64,000 nt of DNA, taken from contig CDRNVI010000161.1 in assembly GCA_977017575.1 (NCBI GenBank), positions 1-64,000 on the forward strand. The letters run 5' to 3'. Of the stretch, positions 1 through 10,911 are shown piece by piece (the first letter of the stretch is position 1; every line of letters begins with the position of its first letter). A program made the position numbers and the translations under genes. The notes beneath the pieces are model-generated. The model ran no database searches. It was not told where the DNA came from and saw only the letters and a program-made list of their open reading frames with translations. This DNA is from Paramoeba atlantica. Lineage: Eukaryota > Protista > Discosea.

Positions 1-1195
1 CAAAAAAATAATATGAAAAAAAGAAAATAAAAAATAAATCAAATACATCAATTCAAAACAATTAAGAAATTTTATTGAACCAACTTAAAAAATATCATAG
101 ATCTGAAATATAAGTTCTAAAAATATCACAGAATCAGAAAATAAATTAAGGAATTGTATTCAATATGGAGACATAATTAAGAAATTGAAATTACAAAAAA
201 ATAATATGAAAAAAAGAAAATAAAAAATAAATCAAATACATCAATTCAAAACAATTAAGAAATTTTATTGAACCAACTTAAAAAATATCATAGATCTGAA
301 ATATAAGTTCTAAAAATATCACAGAATCAGAAAATAAATTAAGGAATTGTATTCAATATGGAGACATAATTAAGAAATTGAAATTACAAAAAAATAATAT
401 GAAAAAAAGAAAATAAAAAATAAATCAAATACATCAATTCAAAACAATTAAGAAATTTTATTGAACCAACTTAAAAAATATCATAGATCTGAAATATAAG
501 TTCTAAAAATATCACAGAATCAGAAAATAAATTAAGGAATTGTATTCAATATGGAGACATAATTAAGAAATTGAAATTACAAAAAAATAATATGAAAAAA
601 AGAAAATAAAAAATAAATCAAATACATCAATTCAAAACAATTAAGAAATTTTATTGAACCAACTTAAAAAATATCATAGATCTGAAATATAAGTTCTAAA
701 AATATCACAGAATCAGAAAATAAATTAAGGAATTGTATTCAATATGGAGACATAATTAAGAAATTGAAATTACAAAAAAATAATATGAAAAAAAGAAAAT
801 AAAAAATAAATCAAATACATCAATTCAAAACAATTAAGAAATTTTATTGAACCAACTTAAAAAATATCATAGATCTGAAATATAAGTTCTAAAAATATCA
901 CAGAATCAGAAAATAAATTAAGGAATTGTATTCAATATGGAGACATAATTAAGAAATTGAAATTACAAAAAAATAATATGAAAAAAAGAAAATAAAAAAT
1001 AAATCAAATACATCAATTCAAAACAATTAAGAAATTTTATTGAACCAACTTAAAAAATATCATAGATCTGAAATATAAATTTAAAACATATCATAAAATT
1101 AAAAAATAAATTAAAACATTCTCTTCAATATGGAAACATAATTACGAAATTGAAATTACAAGAAAATTAATATTAAAAAAATCACTTTTAATAAT
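1..1195. repeat. 193-bp AT-rich tandem satellite (IGS A), >=6 units, runs off window start
   Basis: The anchor ...GAAATTACAAAAAAATAATATG recurs with its C at 1, 194, 387, 580, 773, 966 and 1159 (period 193). The first five units look identical and the last is degenerate. Confidence 0.97.
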
Positions 1196-1261
1196 TTCTT
1201 GTTCATTCTTTATTTCAAATGTTTAAGTGGAAGAAGGCAAACAATTCCCCACAAATATTTC

Positions 1262-2700
1262 CTAATAGTGTAAGTCTTGATAACAAGTCAAACTATTGTA
1301 TGAATAAACTAAAAACTGATTTGAGTGGAGAGGTGTGAGGTGGTGGTGGATAAAATTATGTTGTGCTGTCCAGACCTGAAATTTTTCAGAATACCCATAC
1401 TTGTTTAATGAAGTCAGTGCAAGTTTTCCAAGTTGATACAGAAAGTGTGAAAAAGAGTGAATATTTTTCACTCTTGTTGGAGCCTTCATCAATAAATCAG
1501 ATCCACCACCACAATCAAGACTATCATCATCAACAACCTGTTCAATTCAAGAAGACAGGTTTTTGATTAGAACCTTTCAAAAAGCTTCTTCAACAAGATC
1601 ACATTTATGGGCATGGCAACCAAGAATCTGAAGGATTTTTCCAGCCATTTGACTCAATTCTCCAACTGCTGCTGGGTTTGAAGGAGTATGATCCCTCATC
1701 ACAGATTCAAAGGAAGAGAGGCTTAAAGAATCTGAAAAGGACTGGGTTTTAGGAAATTTCTTTACCAGATTTTAGAGACCATTTAAAAGAGAAAAAATAT
1801 CCTTTGCAATTGACAGGGCATCATGATCAACTGTTTCTCAAATACTTAAATTAACATGCCTACCTTTGCCCTGGATCCCAACAGAAAGAAGATTTTGTCC
1901 TTGTGATGAACTTCCATCATGAAAGAGAGTTGAGGATTTTCATTCTTGGACTCATAGTAGTGCTTCTAATTTTGATTGGATGCTGCCTTCACAACAAATC
2001 TATTGGATTGTGGTTGGTGATGGAAGAGTAGGGTCTTTTTTCAAAAAAATTTGGAAAAATTCTCAAATTGCAGGAGAAATATTTCTCTGGGCCATATCAA
2101 GGGAAGAAAGAGAATTGCAATCCACCAACACCAAGTTCAAGAGTTCTTACCTGCTCCTCCTCTTCTTCTTTTCCTTTTTCATCATTCTCCTCATCCTCCT
2201 CAGTCTTCTTTGCAAGCAAGGAGGTCATGAAATGAAATTTCCTCAGGAAGATCAATCAAATGATGAACTTTATCAACAAAAAGATCAAGATCATCCAACA
2301 CTTTGATGTGTGGTGGGCAATAAATAAAATAACCACAAGCAGGTTAGCTTTCCTTGTTTCAATCATGACCACTTCATAAACCACCAGAAAAATCCCCACC
2401 ACTTCCACAAAAGCAGATTGCCCAACTTTATCAAAGAATTTGGGGGCCAATAAAGAAAAACAACCATTTTCATTCAAAACAAAATGTTCAACAACAATTC
2501 GCAATTTTCGGTGTTTCAATCACTGGTTCCAGGAGGTCAGTCCTTCTCTAATAATTTTTCAATCTAAAGCCTTTTCTAATTGTCTTCACCATTTCTCCTC
2601 AAACAAGGAAGGAACAGCAATGAATGGTCCAGCATAAGTCATTGCTTTGTGGTCTGGTTCTTGACAATATTCACACTACTTTCAAGAATCACTTCTTTAT
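1262..2700 (-). pseudogene. DDE transposase remnant (hAT/Mutator/P-like CxxH group), IGS A copy
   Basis: The minus frame reads through several stops: STLFHDGSSSQGQNLLSVGI ... VMRDHTPSNPAAV ... ILGCHAHKCDL ... HHHLTPLHSNQF. Two candidate catalytic Asp and a CxxH motif are visible. Stops are mostly TGA. The superfamily is not resolved. Confidence 0.6.
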
Positions 2701-3169
2701 GGGTTTCATGAGCCTTTTTTTCAAAAAAAAAAAAAGATCAGTTTTAAGAAGAGGGTCTTTGAATTCAAAATCCAAAAGAATTTTGGGGATTGAAAGAAAT
2801 ACCTGCCTTAATCAGAGTTGTACAACAATTTTTTTGAGCAATTTCAAGGGCCAGGACGATTCAACTCCAAAACAAAAGAACAAAAAAAGAAAAAAGTCTT
2901 TGTCATGGTGCTACCTGCACAACTTTGGGCATGTTTGCACTCTAGAAAGAGAGAAAGAGTGGTGGTGAGAAAGGGAGAAAGGAGAGACAAAAGAAAAACA
3001 AAGAATTCAAAAATCCCAAAAGAGAGAAGAAGAATGAAAGAGAAAGAAAAGAAAAACAAAAACAAAGTGAAAAAGACAAAAAGACAAAAAAAAAAAAGGA
3101 GGGGGGGAGGAAAGGAAAAAAAAAAAGAGATTTCAAAAGAAAAAGAAAAGAAAAAAAGAGAAAAAAAAA

Positions 3170-6100
3170 AGACTTTTTCCCCCTTGAAAAACAACAAACA
3201 ACAAACCACAAACCAACCACACCACCAATCACTTCCCACTTCATCCGAATCAATACCCACTCTCCCCTCTTCCTCTTGAACCCCACCTTCAAAAGCTCTG
3301 CTCCCCACCCCTGACATAACAAAAGATTTTCAAGATCACCATGGCCATGCCTCTCAATCCTGGGCACCCTCAAACCAGATAGCACAGAAAACTTTCAGTT
3401 CCCAAAACTTCACTCGGGCCAAGTGGAGAAAGAGTCACAGCCAAGAAGGAGAGCAAGAGAAAGAAAAAGAAGGAAAAAAAGAAGAGGTCAGAGAAAGAGA
3501 AAAGGAAGGAAAAAGACAAAGAGAACCCCAAAAAAGCGAGAGAGCAGGAGCAGAAACAACGAAGAAAGAGAGAAAAGAAAGGAAGAGAACAAAAAGAAAA
3601 AGAAAATAGAGGAGGAAAAAAAACAGGAAGGAAAAAGAATGGAAAAAAAGAGGAAGAAAGAGAAAAATCAGAAAAAGAAAAGAATGAAAGAAACAAAAAA
3701 GAAAGAGAAAAAGAACTAAATCAAATGGACAATCCTCAGGCCCAGAAGACAACTTCACATCCTCCAAAATTCCTTGGCAATTGCTCGTACCGAAGATGCA
3801 GAGGCCAACACCAAAAAGTAATAGTCTCCTGATGCGAGAAGTGCCTCCTTACATTCTGCTGGAGAATCACACCCATCCTCAACCCAGACCCACAACACAT
3901 CCAACAACTCTTCTTCAATCATGGGCACTCTACAACCCTTCCTTATGGAAGCAAAGAAGAGGCTGCAATGAACTTCATCCTCTCTCTTGAAGGAGACTCC
4001 TTCTCAAAACACATCCCCCTCTGCTACATGGACTCAGTACCACTCTGCCTTTGTGATACAGTCATCAAAACTTTTTGTGCTGTATGACACCTCTTTCATA
4101 AGATACCCCAACTCCTGATCCTCCTCCCAAAATGGATCTTTGGCTGCCTTAGAAGGGGTACTCGAGGAATGAAAGAAGTGAAATCTCGATGCACCATGGT
4201 GCGAAATTTTGAGTGGGAGAGACTCCACAAAAAACTTGAGGGCAAGCTCAGCAAACTCAAGCAAAAGAGGAGGCAGAAGTCCACCAAGAAAACCAAGGCA
4301 GACCAGATTATTGAAGAGGTCAGAAAAGGACATCTCTCCAAAGCTGCAAGGAAGCTTCAATCCAAGAGTGGATTCAGGGATCTCTCAGTCCCAGAAAATC
4401 GTGAAACTGCAAAGAACCTCTACCCAAGATCTGAGCAGGTGTGGACTCCACCAGATCGAGCCGAAATTCCTGACTGGAAACCAGCAATCCTTGAACAAGA
4501 TGAGTTTCAGTCCTTTGACTCACTTGATCTGGCCCTTCGGAGACTTCCAAAAGGCCGCACACCAGGGCTCTCAGGAATGTTTTATGAGTTTGTCACACTC
4601 CTATGCACAGACCAAGAACTCCGCTCAACCCTCAAAGAATTGACTGTCTTAATCACCAACCAAAAACTCAATGAAACCATACACAACATCATGGCAACCT
4701 CTCTCTTCATTCCTCTGGCAAAAGGGGACAAAGGGATCCGTCCAATTGGTGTTGCTGAAGTTCTCAAGAGGTGGGCAGCGATTGCACTTGTTCTTGAAGT
4801 CCAACACGAGGGAATTCCTGAGAAATTGTCCCATCAGTATGGTGTATGCTTGCCAAGTGGTGCAGAAATGGTCCACAAAGCAATATCACAGCCTATCTCC
4901 ACCTCCACCCACAACATTATGCTGCGAAACTGGACATTGTTAATGCCTTCAATTCCATCTCAAGAAAAACCATCTTTGAGAGCACAGTCCAGCTGGCCCC
5001 TGTATTACTTCCATACCTCTACACCTTCTATTCTTCAGCAACACCCCTCACTCTCTCATGACCAGAACCACACCCTCACCATGGAGGAGGGTGTCCAGCA
5101 AGGAGATCCCCTTGGGACAATTTTCTTTTGTCTGGGATTTCATGGAATCCTCAATCCAATCTTTCAGAAGGTTGATGCTCCACTGAATGCACTTCTTCTT
5201 CTCCTCTCTGTCGATGATATATTTGTTTGTGGGAGCCTGGTTGCCATTGCAGAAATCACCACTCAGATCCAGAGTGTCCTCCCAAATGCCAACCTCAAAC
5301 TTGGCACAGAAAGGGGCAAAATGGTCTGTTTCTCTCCCGAAGCGCCCAGGAGCAATGACCTCAAAAATCTTGGCATTGGGAAGGCGGAAGTAATCACAGT
5401 TCTAGGGTCACCCATCGGGCTGAACACTCAAATTTCCAAGTGGCTTCACACCCTTGCTCAAGAATACCAACAAGCATCACAAGACCACTGTTTAATAATG
5501 TTCTCCAACCCCCATGAAAGTCTTGAGCTTTTTGTCAAAACCATCACACCCAAACTAACATACATCTGTCGCACAACACCTCTCTCTTTAACCCCTTTCC
5601 AAGACTTCATCAAGCAAACCACTACAACAAACATCAATTACCTCCTCAACCCCCTCCAAGTCCCCCACCTGCATCCAAACAAAGAACTCCATCTCTCTTG
5701 AGTAGAAGCTGCAGGCCTTCCAAAGTCAAAAGGTGGTGGTGGCTTGAGCTACTCTCAGAACACCCACCAAGCAGCCTTCCTTGGCTCCTGGATCTCAGTC
5801 TACCGATCCTGCTCTGAGTTCAAACCTGAACTTATCAACCTCTTTGAAGACTTCTGGAAGAGTGACTCACCCCAGCGCCAGGCTCTCCACCAAGCATATA
5901 TGACCATTTTGAAAGCTTCATCTTGAGCGAGTGGAAACTGCCAAGTGGTACCTCTGTCCATGAGCTCCTAACTCGATTGACAGAGCCACCATCTGACTCA
6001 ATGGGCACTGGAGAAAACTACAAACCACAGAAGAAGTTCACCTCCTGTGAACTTCAGGATGTCAAAAAGAAGATCATGGACCCAACACAAGACAAAAACC

Positions 6101-7232
6101 TCTGCCGTGCAATCCGTGAGAATGAGGTTGGCCCCACCACCCACTTGTGGATGACAGCCTACCCAGACAAGGACCACCTCTGGGCCAAAGCCATATCAAG
6201 CCTTAAATGCTGAAGATTTTCGCTCAGCCTACCAATGTAGGCTTGACATAGTTGACCCACACCTTGGGGCTCTCTGCGAACTTGGGACTGTCAAGTGTGG
6301 ATTCTGTGAAAAAGAACTCTGTGCTCCATCCTCCCTCCACCTCTCAGATTGCACCAGTCGTGGAAGAGGAACCACACAAGAAGACACCATGCTCTCTGTG
6401 ACGAACTCAAGAACATTGCCAGCTGGGCGGGAAAAACAACAATCTGAGATGGAGCCTACCGGCCAATCGGGAAGTCACACAAGCAACCTGATCTTACAAT
6501 CTGCGAGTGGCAAGGCGACCAGGATCTGTGTATTGATGTCCGAGTTGTGTCAACCCACAAAACCCCCCACTTTCGCTGTGTGATCCAAACACCCACCAAA
6601 ACCCACTCTGACCCCCTATACTCGACACCCTCTCACCTGCTGCACACCATGCCAGGATCATGAAACACAGAGAATATGTGGACAGATGTCTGACTGAAAC
6701 AGACTTTAATGCAGGAAGGGGCAGAGACACCCCTGAGGAGAAACAGACCCTTAAACAAATAACTCTTTCCGATCTCCAAGGTGAAGTCATCTTCCTTCCA
6801 GCATCTTCATCCTCAGGTGGTGGAATATCCCCTGACATTAGTGCACTCCTACGATCCCTCACCTCAATTGCCCTCCAAAACAACCGGGTCCTGGATGCCA
6901 ACCCCCTCCCCCTCTTCTTAAGAACAGCAAAGAAGAAGATTTCAGCTGCACTAATGAAAGCAATGGCAAACCACATGATGAGCATATAGGAAAATCTAAA
7001 ACCCAGCAACCCCCTTTTGACCCATCACTCTCTGTGCTTCTCATCATCTCTCAATCCAAATGACATTTCCATTCCCCCCTCTTCTTTCCACATGTACTAC
7101 CCCCCTTTTTCTGCAGTTCCTCCTTTCACTGGGTGAGATATTCTGCTGAATGTGCAACCATTCCCTTCTCTTACAACCATCTATTTCGAATAAAAATCTC
7201 TTTCATTGAAAAAAAAAAAAAAAAAAAAAAAA
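3170..7232 (+). mobile_element. CRE-clade-like non-LTR retrotransposon (RT + CCHC + restriction-like endonuclease), IGS A copy, with 3' UTR and poly(A)
   Basis: RT motifs GRTPGLSG, IRPIGVAEVLKR, HQYGV..GAE, (frameshift) LDIVNAFNSISR, GVQQGDPLG, SVDD. Downstream are KCGFC..HLSDC, RRHHALCDEL and QPDLTI..LCIDVRV (PD-D/E RLE). AATAAA lies near 7188 and poly(A) at 7209-7232. The 5' boundary is approximate. Confidence 0.88.
4169..6989 (+). pseudogene. Disrupted RT-RLE polyprotein of the CRE-like element
   Basis: ORF segments 4169-5701, 4846-5061, 5744-5926, 5923-6213, about 6203-6390, about 6375-6583 and 6660-6989 join into one polyprotein via several frameshifts and TGA stops. Confidence 0.85.
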
Positions 7233-7260
7233 AGAAAAGAAAAAAAAAAAGAAAAGAGAA

Positions 7261-7379
7261 GGTCTTCAGCACTCGGGATTCGAATGTGGTCACCCACCAT
7301 TCTACTAACCGAGCCCACAGCTGCTTAACTTCCGAGTTCTGATGGGATCGGGTGCTTTCAACTGGGTATGACCGAAGAC
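7261..7379 (-). rRNA. 5S rRNA gene (intact), antisense to the 45S operon
   Basis: The reverse complement GTCTTCGGTCATACCCAGTTGAAAGCACCCGATCCCATCAGAACTCGGAAGTTAAGCAGCTG...GCTGAAGACC is 119 nt with paired ends and box A (AGTTAAGCAG), followed by T-runs. Confidence 0.96.
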
Positions 7380-7720
7380 ACTTTCTCTTCTTTTTTTTCT
7401 TCTTTTCATATCAATCTAAATTAATAAAAAGAAAAGAGAAAGAGAAAAGAAAGATGAGAGAAAAGAAAGAAAAGAGAAAAGAGAAAAGAGAAAAGAGAAA
7501 AAAACCTCAATGGAAAGAGAGAAAAAGTGGTGGAATTTCAAAAAAAGAAAGAAAAAAACAAAGAAAAAAAACAAAGAAAGAGAAGGAAAAAAAATTAACA
7601 ACCTACAAAAAGAAAGATAAGAAAAGACAGAAGAAAAGAGAAAGAGGAAAAAGAAAGACTGAGGAAAACCAAAAAAAAACAAACGAACAAAAAAACACAA
7701 AAAACAAAAAAAAGAAAAAC

Positions 7721-7767
7721 GGACCTCTATTTTGGGTCCGAATATGATGGACCTCTATTTCAGGTCC
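7721..7767. promoter_or_regulatory. Tandem GGACC-N9-GGTCC palindromic motifs upstream of 5S
   Basis: GGACCTCTATTTTGGGTCC (7721-7739) and GGACCTCTATTTCAGGTCC (7749-7767). A copy identical to the first lies upstream of the 5S pseudogene (37434-37452). Confidence 0.45.
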
Positions 7768-7920
7768 TATCAGCCCTTTTTTTCTTTTTTTTTTTTTCTG
7801 TGTGTGTAAATGGTGGTTTATTTCGGGTTTCGAGAGTTCGAGGAAAGACACTTGGGGAATTCAAATGAATTGGGAAAAGTGAGAATGAAAAGGAAGAGGG
7901 GTGACGCTTGGTGGGTGACA

Positions 7921-7968
7921 ACCAATTTCGCCAAAATTGCGAGTCGCGGAGTCGAGATTCTATATAAA
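7921..7968 (+). promoter_or_regulatory. CpG-retaining Pol II promoter: CCAAT and TATATAAA box
   Basis: ACCAAT at 7921 and TATATAAA at 7961-7968, about 250 bp upstream of ATG 8214. Confidence 0.5.
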
Positions 7969-8213
7969 GTGATGTACATATTTGGATATTTCCTTATTTA
8001 CATGTGTGTGTTTTTGGTTGTTCTTTCAGTGATTTTTTTTGTTTTTTTTTGTTCAATTTTGATTGGTGTTCCTTCTCGCCACACCCCCCCTCTCATTCCC
8101 TCGTGAACGACAACAAACACAATCAACCACACCCTCAGGTTTTGTTTTTAATTCAAAACATTTCTTTTTCTGGATAACTTGAAACAGAAAAACAACAATC
8201 AATCAATCAAAAT

Positions 8214-9229
8214 ATGGTGATGAGAGTTCAGTTGATGTCGATTGTCGAAAGAGAAGAAGAGTGGTGGGAAGTTCGAAACACTGAGAATGGAAGAGTGTGT
8301 TCTGTTCAAGCTCAAGACTTTCAAAGTCTCCGAAGGAAGACCAGGATGTGTACGGAACTTCAACTGCGGTTCGAGTGTTCTATCTTGATGATGAGTGTGA
8401 TGTTGTCTTTGTGAAACGTGACCAAGACTTGGAAGATGCTTTGTTTGTTCTCCCAAAAAAGAACGAGACAGCAAAAGCAGTGGAGAGTCAAGTCGAAGAA
8501 GAAACCAAAAAGGAGATCCAAGAGGTCGAAAATCGAGTGGGTGATGATGAAGAGAAGAAGGTTGAGAAAATGGGGGATGAGATTTCTGAGAACCCTCAGA
8601 AAAGACTCAAGGAACAACAGAAGAGAGAGAAGGAGATTGAAATGCTCAGTAAACGTGACAAGAAACTGGCAGATCAGATTGATGTTCTTGAAGAAAAGAT
8701 CGTGGCTCTCCAACGAAGAAAGGAACAGTTGACTGAAAACAAAACCCAAGTTCGAGAGAACCTTGTTGATTTGAAAAGTCAAAAGGACATTGTTGGAAAC
8801 AAACAAGAGGAAGAGGAGATTGAAGAAATCCAATCCTCTGAGGAAGAAGAGGAAGAAGAGGAAGAAGAGGAAGAAGAGGAAGAAGAGGAAGAAGAGGAAG
8901 AAGAGGAAGAGGAAGATTGTGGTAAACCAAGATCATTTGGGCAATCGAGAAAGCTTCAGAATCAACGACGAAACATCGAAAGAAGACTTTGTAATCTTGA
9001 AGCGAAAGAAAAGAAGTCAAAAAAGATGATGGAAACAGAAATTATTCTCAAGAAATGTTTGGAAGAAATCACAGAGAGGTTGGCGACTGAACCAGAAGAA
9101 GAAGAAGAGAAAGACAAAATGTTTAGAAATAAGAGAAAAGGAACTCGACATTCTTCTTCCCCACCACATGGTTCGAAAAAGAAGTTTTTCAATTCTCCTC
9201 CTCCTCCAAAGGAGAGAAGACGAAAATAA
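8214..9229 (+). CDS. PB1-like domain + coiled coil + poly-Glu + basic C-terminus protein, with one apparent 1-nt frameshift near 8340
   Basis: The frame from ATG 8214 (CAAAATATG context) gives ...DFQSLRRK. The shifted frame continues QDVYGTSTAVRVFYLDDECDVVFVKRDQDLEDAL (OPCA-like motif), then a coiled coil, a run of about 24 Glu and KRK..KKK..RRRK. CpGs are retained. Confidence 0.6.
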
Positions 9230-9454
9230 ATAACAAAATCTCTTCAATGGAACCAAACTTCTTTTTTTTGTGCTCTATTTTTATCAAGAAAAACGTTTAT
9301 TTCTTTTCTTTTTTCTTTTTTCTTCTTTCTTCTTTCTTTTTTCTTTATTCACTCCTCTTCTTTTCTTTGTTGGTTATCTCATTGTAATTTTTCTCCTTTC
9401 TTTTTTCGTCAAAAAGAATGTGTCAGATAGATGGTTGGGGGTGGGGGAGATCTT

Positions 9455-9505
9455 GATACTCTCTGGGTGCTAATTTGTGAAAATCCGGACCCAGAGAATA
9501 CATCA
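9455..9505. other. Dispersed hairpin family member
   Basis: TACTCTCTGGGT-N20-ACCCAGAGAATA, homologous to hairpins at 12808, 36783 and 53564. Confidence 0.55.
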
Positions 9506-10554
9506 TCTTCAAATAAAAAAACATCTCTTTTGTCTCTTCTTTTTTTTTGAAGATTCACTTATCTGTAAGACTGTCTTATTTTTTCAAAAAAGAAAAAGGA
9601 AAAGAAAGGGAAGGGGGGGAAAGAGAGAGAAGAGAGAAGAGAGAGAAGAGAAGAGAGAAGAGAAAGAGAAAGAGAAAATAGAAAAAAAAAAAAAAAGAAA
9701 AAAATGAGAAACTGTGAAGAAGAAATTGAAAACAAAAGGAAAGAAATCAACAAAAAGAAAAGAAAAGAAGAGAAAAAGAAAAAAGGGGGGAAAGGGAAAA
9801 AAGAAAAGAGAGAACCCATCAAAAAAGGGAAGAAAGGGGAACGAGAAAAAGGGGAACAAGAAAAAGAGGAACAAAAAAAAGAGAAAAAGTGAGAAAGTGA
9901 AAAAGTGAAAAAAAAAAAAAGAGAAGAGATAAAAAAAAAAAAGAGAAGAGATAAAAGTGAAAAAGAAAAGAAAAAAACAGAAAAGTCAAGAAACAAAAAG
10001 AAATAAAGAGAGAACCCCATCCGGTCCCATTCACAAAGGGCAAAAAAGTTCGAGAAAGAGAAAGAAAAAAAGAAGGAAAAGAAAAAAAGAGAGAGAAAAG
10101 AGAAGAGAGAGAAAAGAGAAGAGAGAAAAAAGAGAAGAGAGAAAAAGAGAAAGAGAGAAAAAGAAAGAGAGAAAAAGAGGAGAGAAAGAGAAAAGGCAAC
10201 ACAAAACCAACAAGGCCAGAAAAATTATGAGCCCTAAAATCTTTTTTGTGTGCTAAAATAAACCAGCACAATTCAATTGTTTTTCTGAGTGTCGAAAAAA
10301 TATTTTACAAGGAAATTTTTATGAGAATTTTTTTTTCAATGCCCTGAAAAACCTTTGCAATTGCGTTCCTTTCCCTTTTCCCTTGGCAACCCGGTGAGAG
10401 AGAGGAAAGAGCGAAAGGAGAGAAGAAGAGGAAAGAGAAAAAAGAAAAGAAAAAAAAAGAGAAATTAAAAAAAAAGAATTAAATTAAAAAAAAAAAGAAC
10501 TAAAAAAAAGGGAAAGAGGAAGAAGGAGGAGGGAAGAAGGAGGGGAAGAAGAAA

Positions 10555-10810
10555 GAAGAGGGAAGAGGGAAGGTTGGGGGAGGGGAAGGGAGGAAAGGTA
10601 GGAAAGGTTGGGAAGAGGAAGGAGGGAAAGTAGGGAAGGTTGGGAAGGTTGGGAAGGTAGGGAAGGGAGGAAAGGTTGGGGGAGGGGAGAGGTAGGAAAG
10701 GTAGGAAAGGTTGGGAAGGTTGGGAAGGTAGGGAAGGTTGGGAAGGTTGGGAAGAGGGAAGGAAGGTTGGGGAAGGTTGGGGAAGGTTGAGAAGGTTGGG
10801 TAGAGGTGGG
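10555..10810 (+). repeat. G-rich purine microsatellite (GGAAGGTTG / GGGAAGGTA units)
   Basis: Repeated GGGAAGGTT(G) units sit at the switch from an A-rich to a T-rich plus strand. Confidence 0.85.
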
Positions 10811-10880
10811 TGAAGTGAAATCATGCTCTCTTTTTTTCTTGAGGTTTATTCTTTTTTCTTTCTCTTTTTTTTTTCTTTTC

Positions 10881-10911
<31 letters not shown>

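Noticed and set aside
8250-8320. SH3-like reading of EEEWWEVRNTENGR
   Set aside because: The ALYDY and GxxPxNY motifs are absent. The segment fits better as the N-terminal part of the PB1-like domain, so SH3 is not supported.
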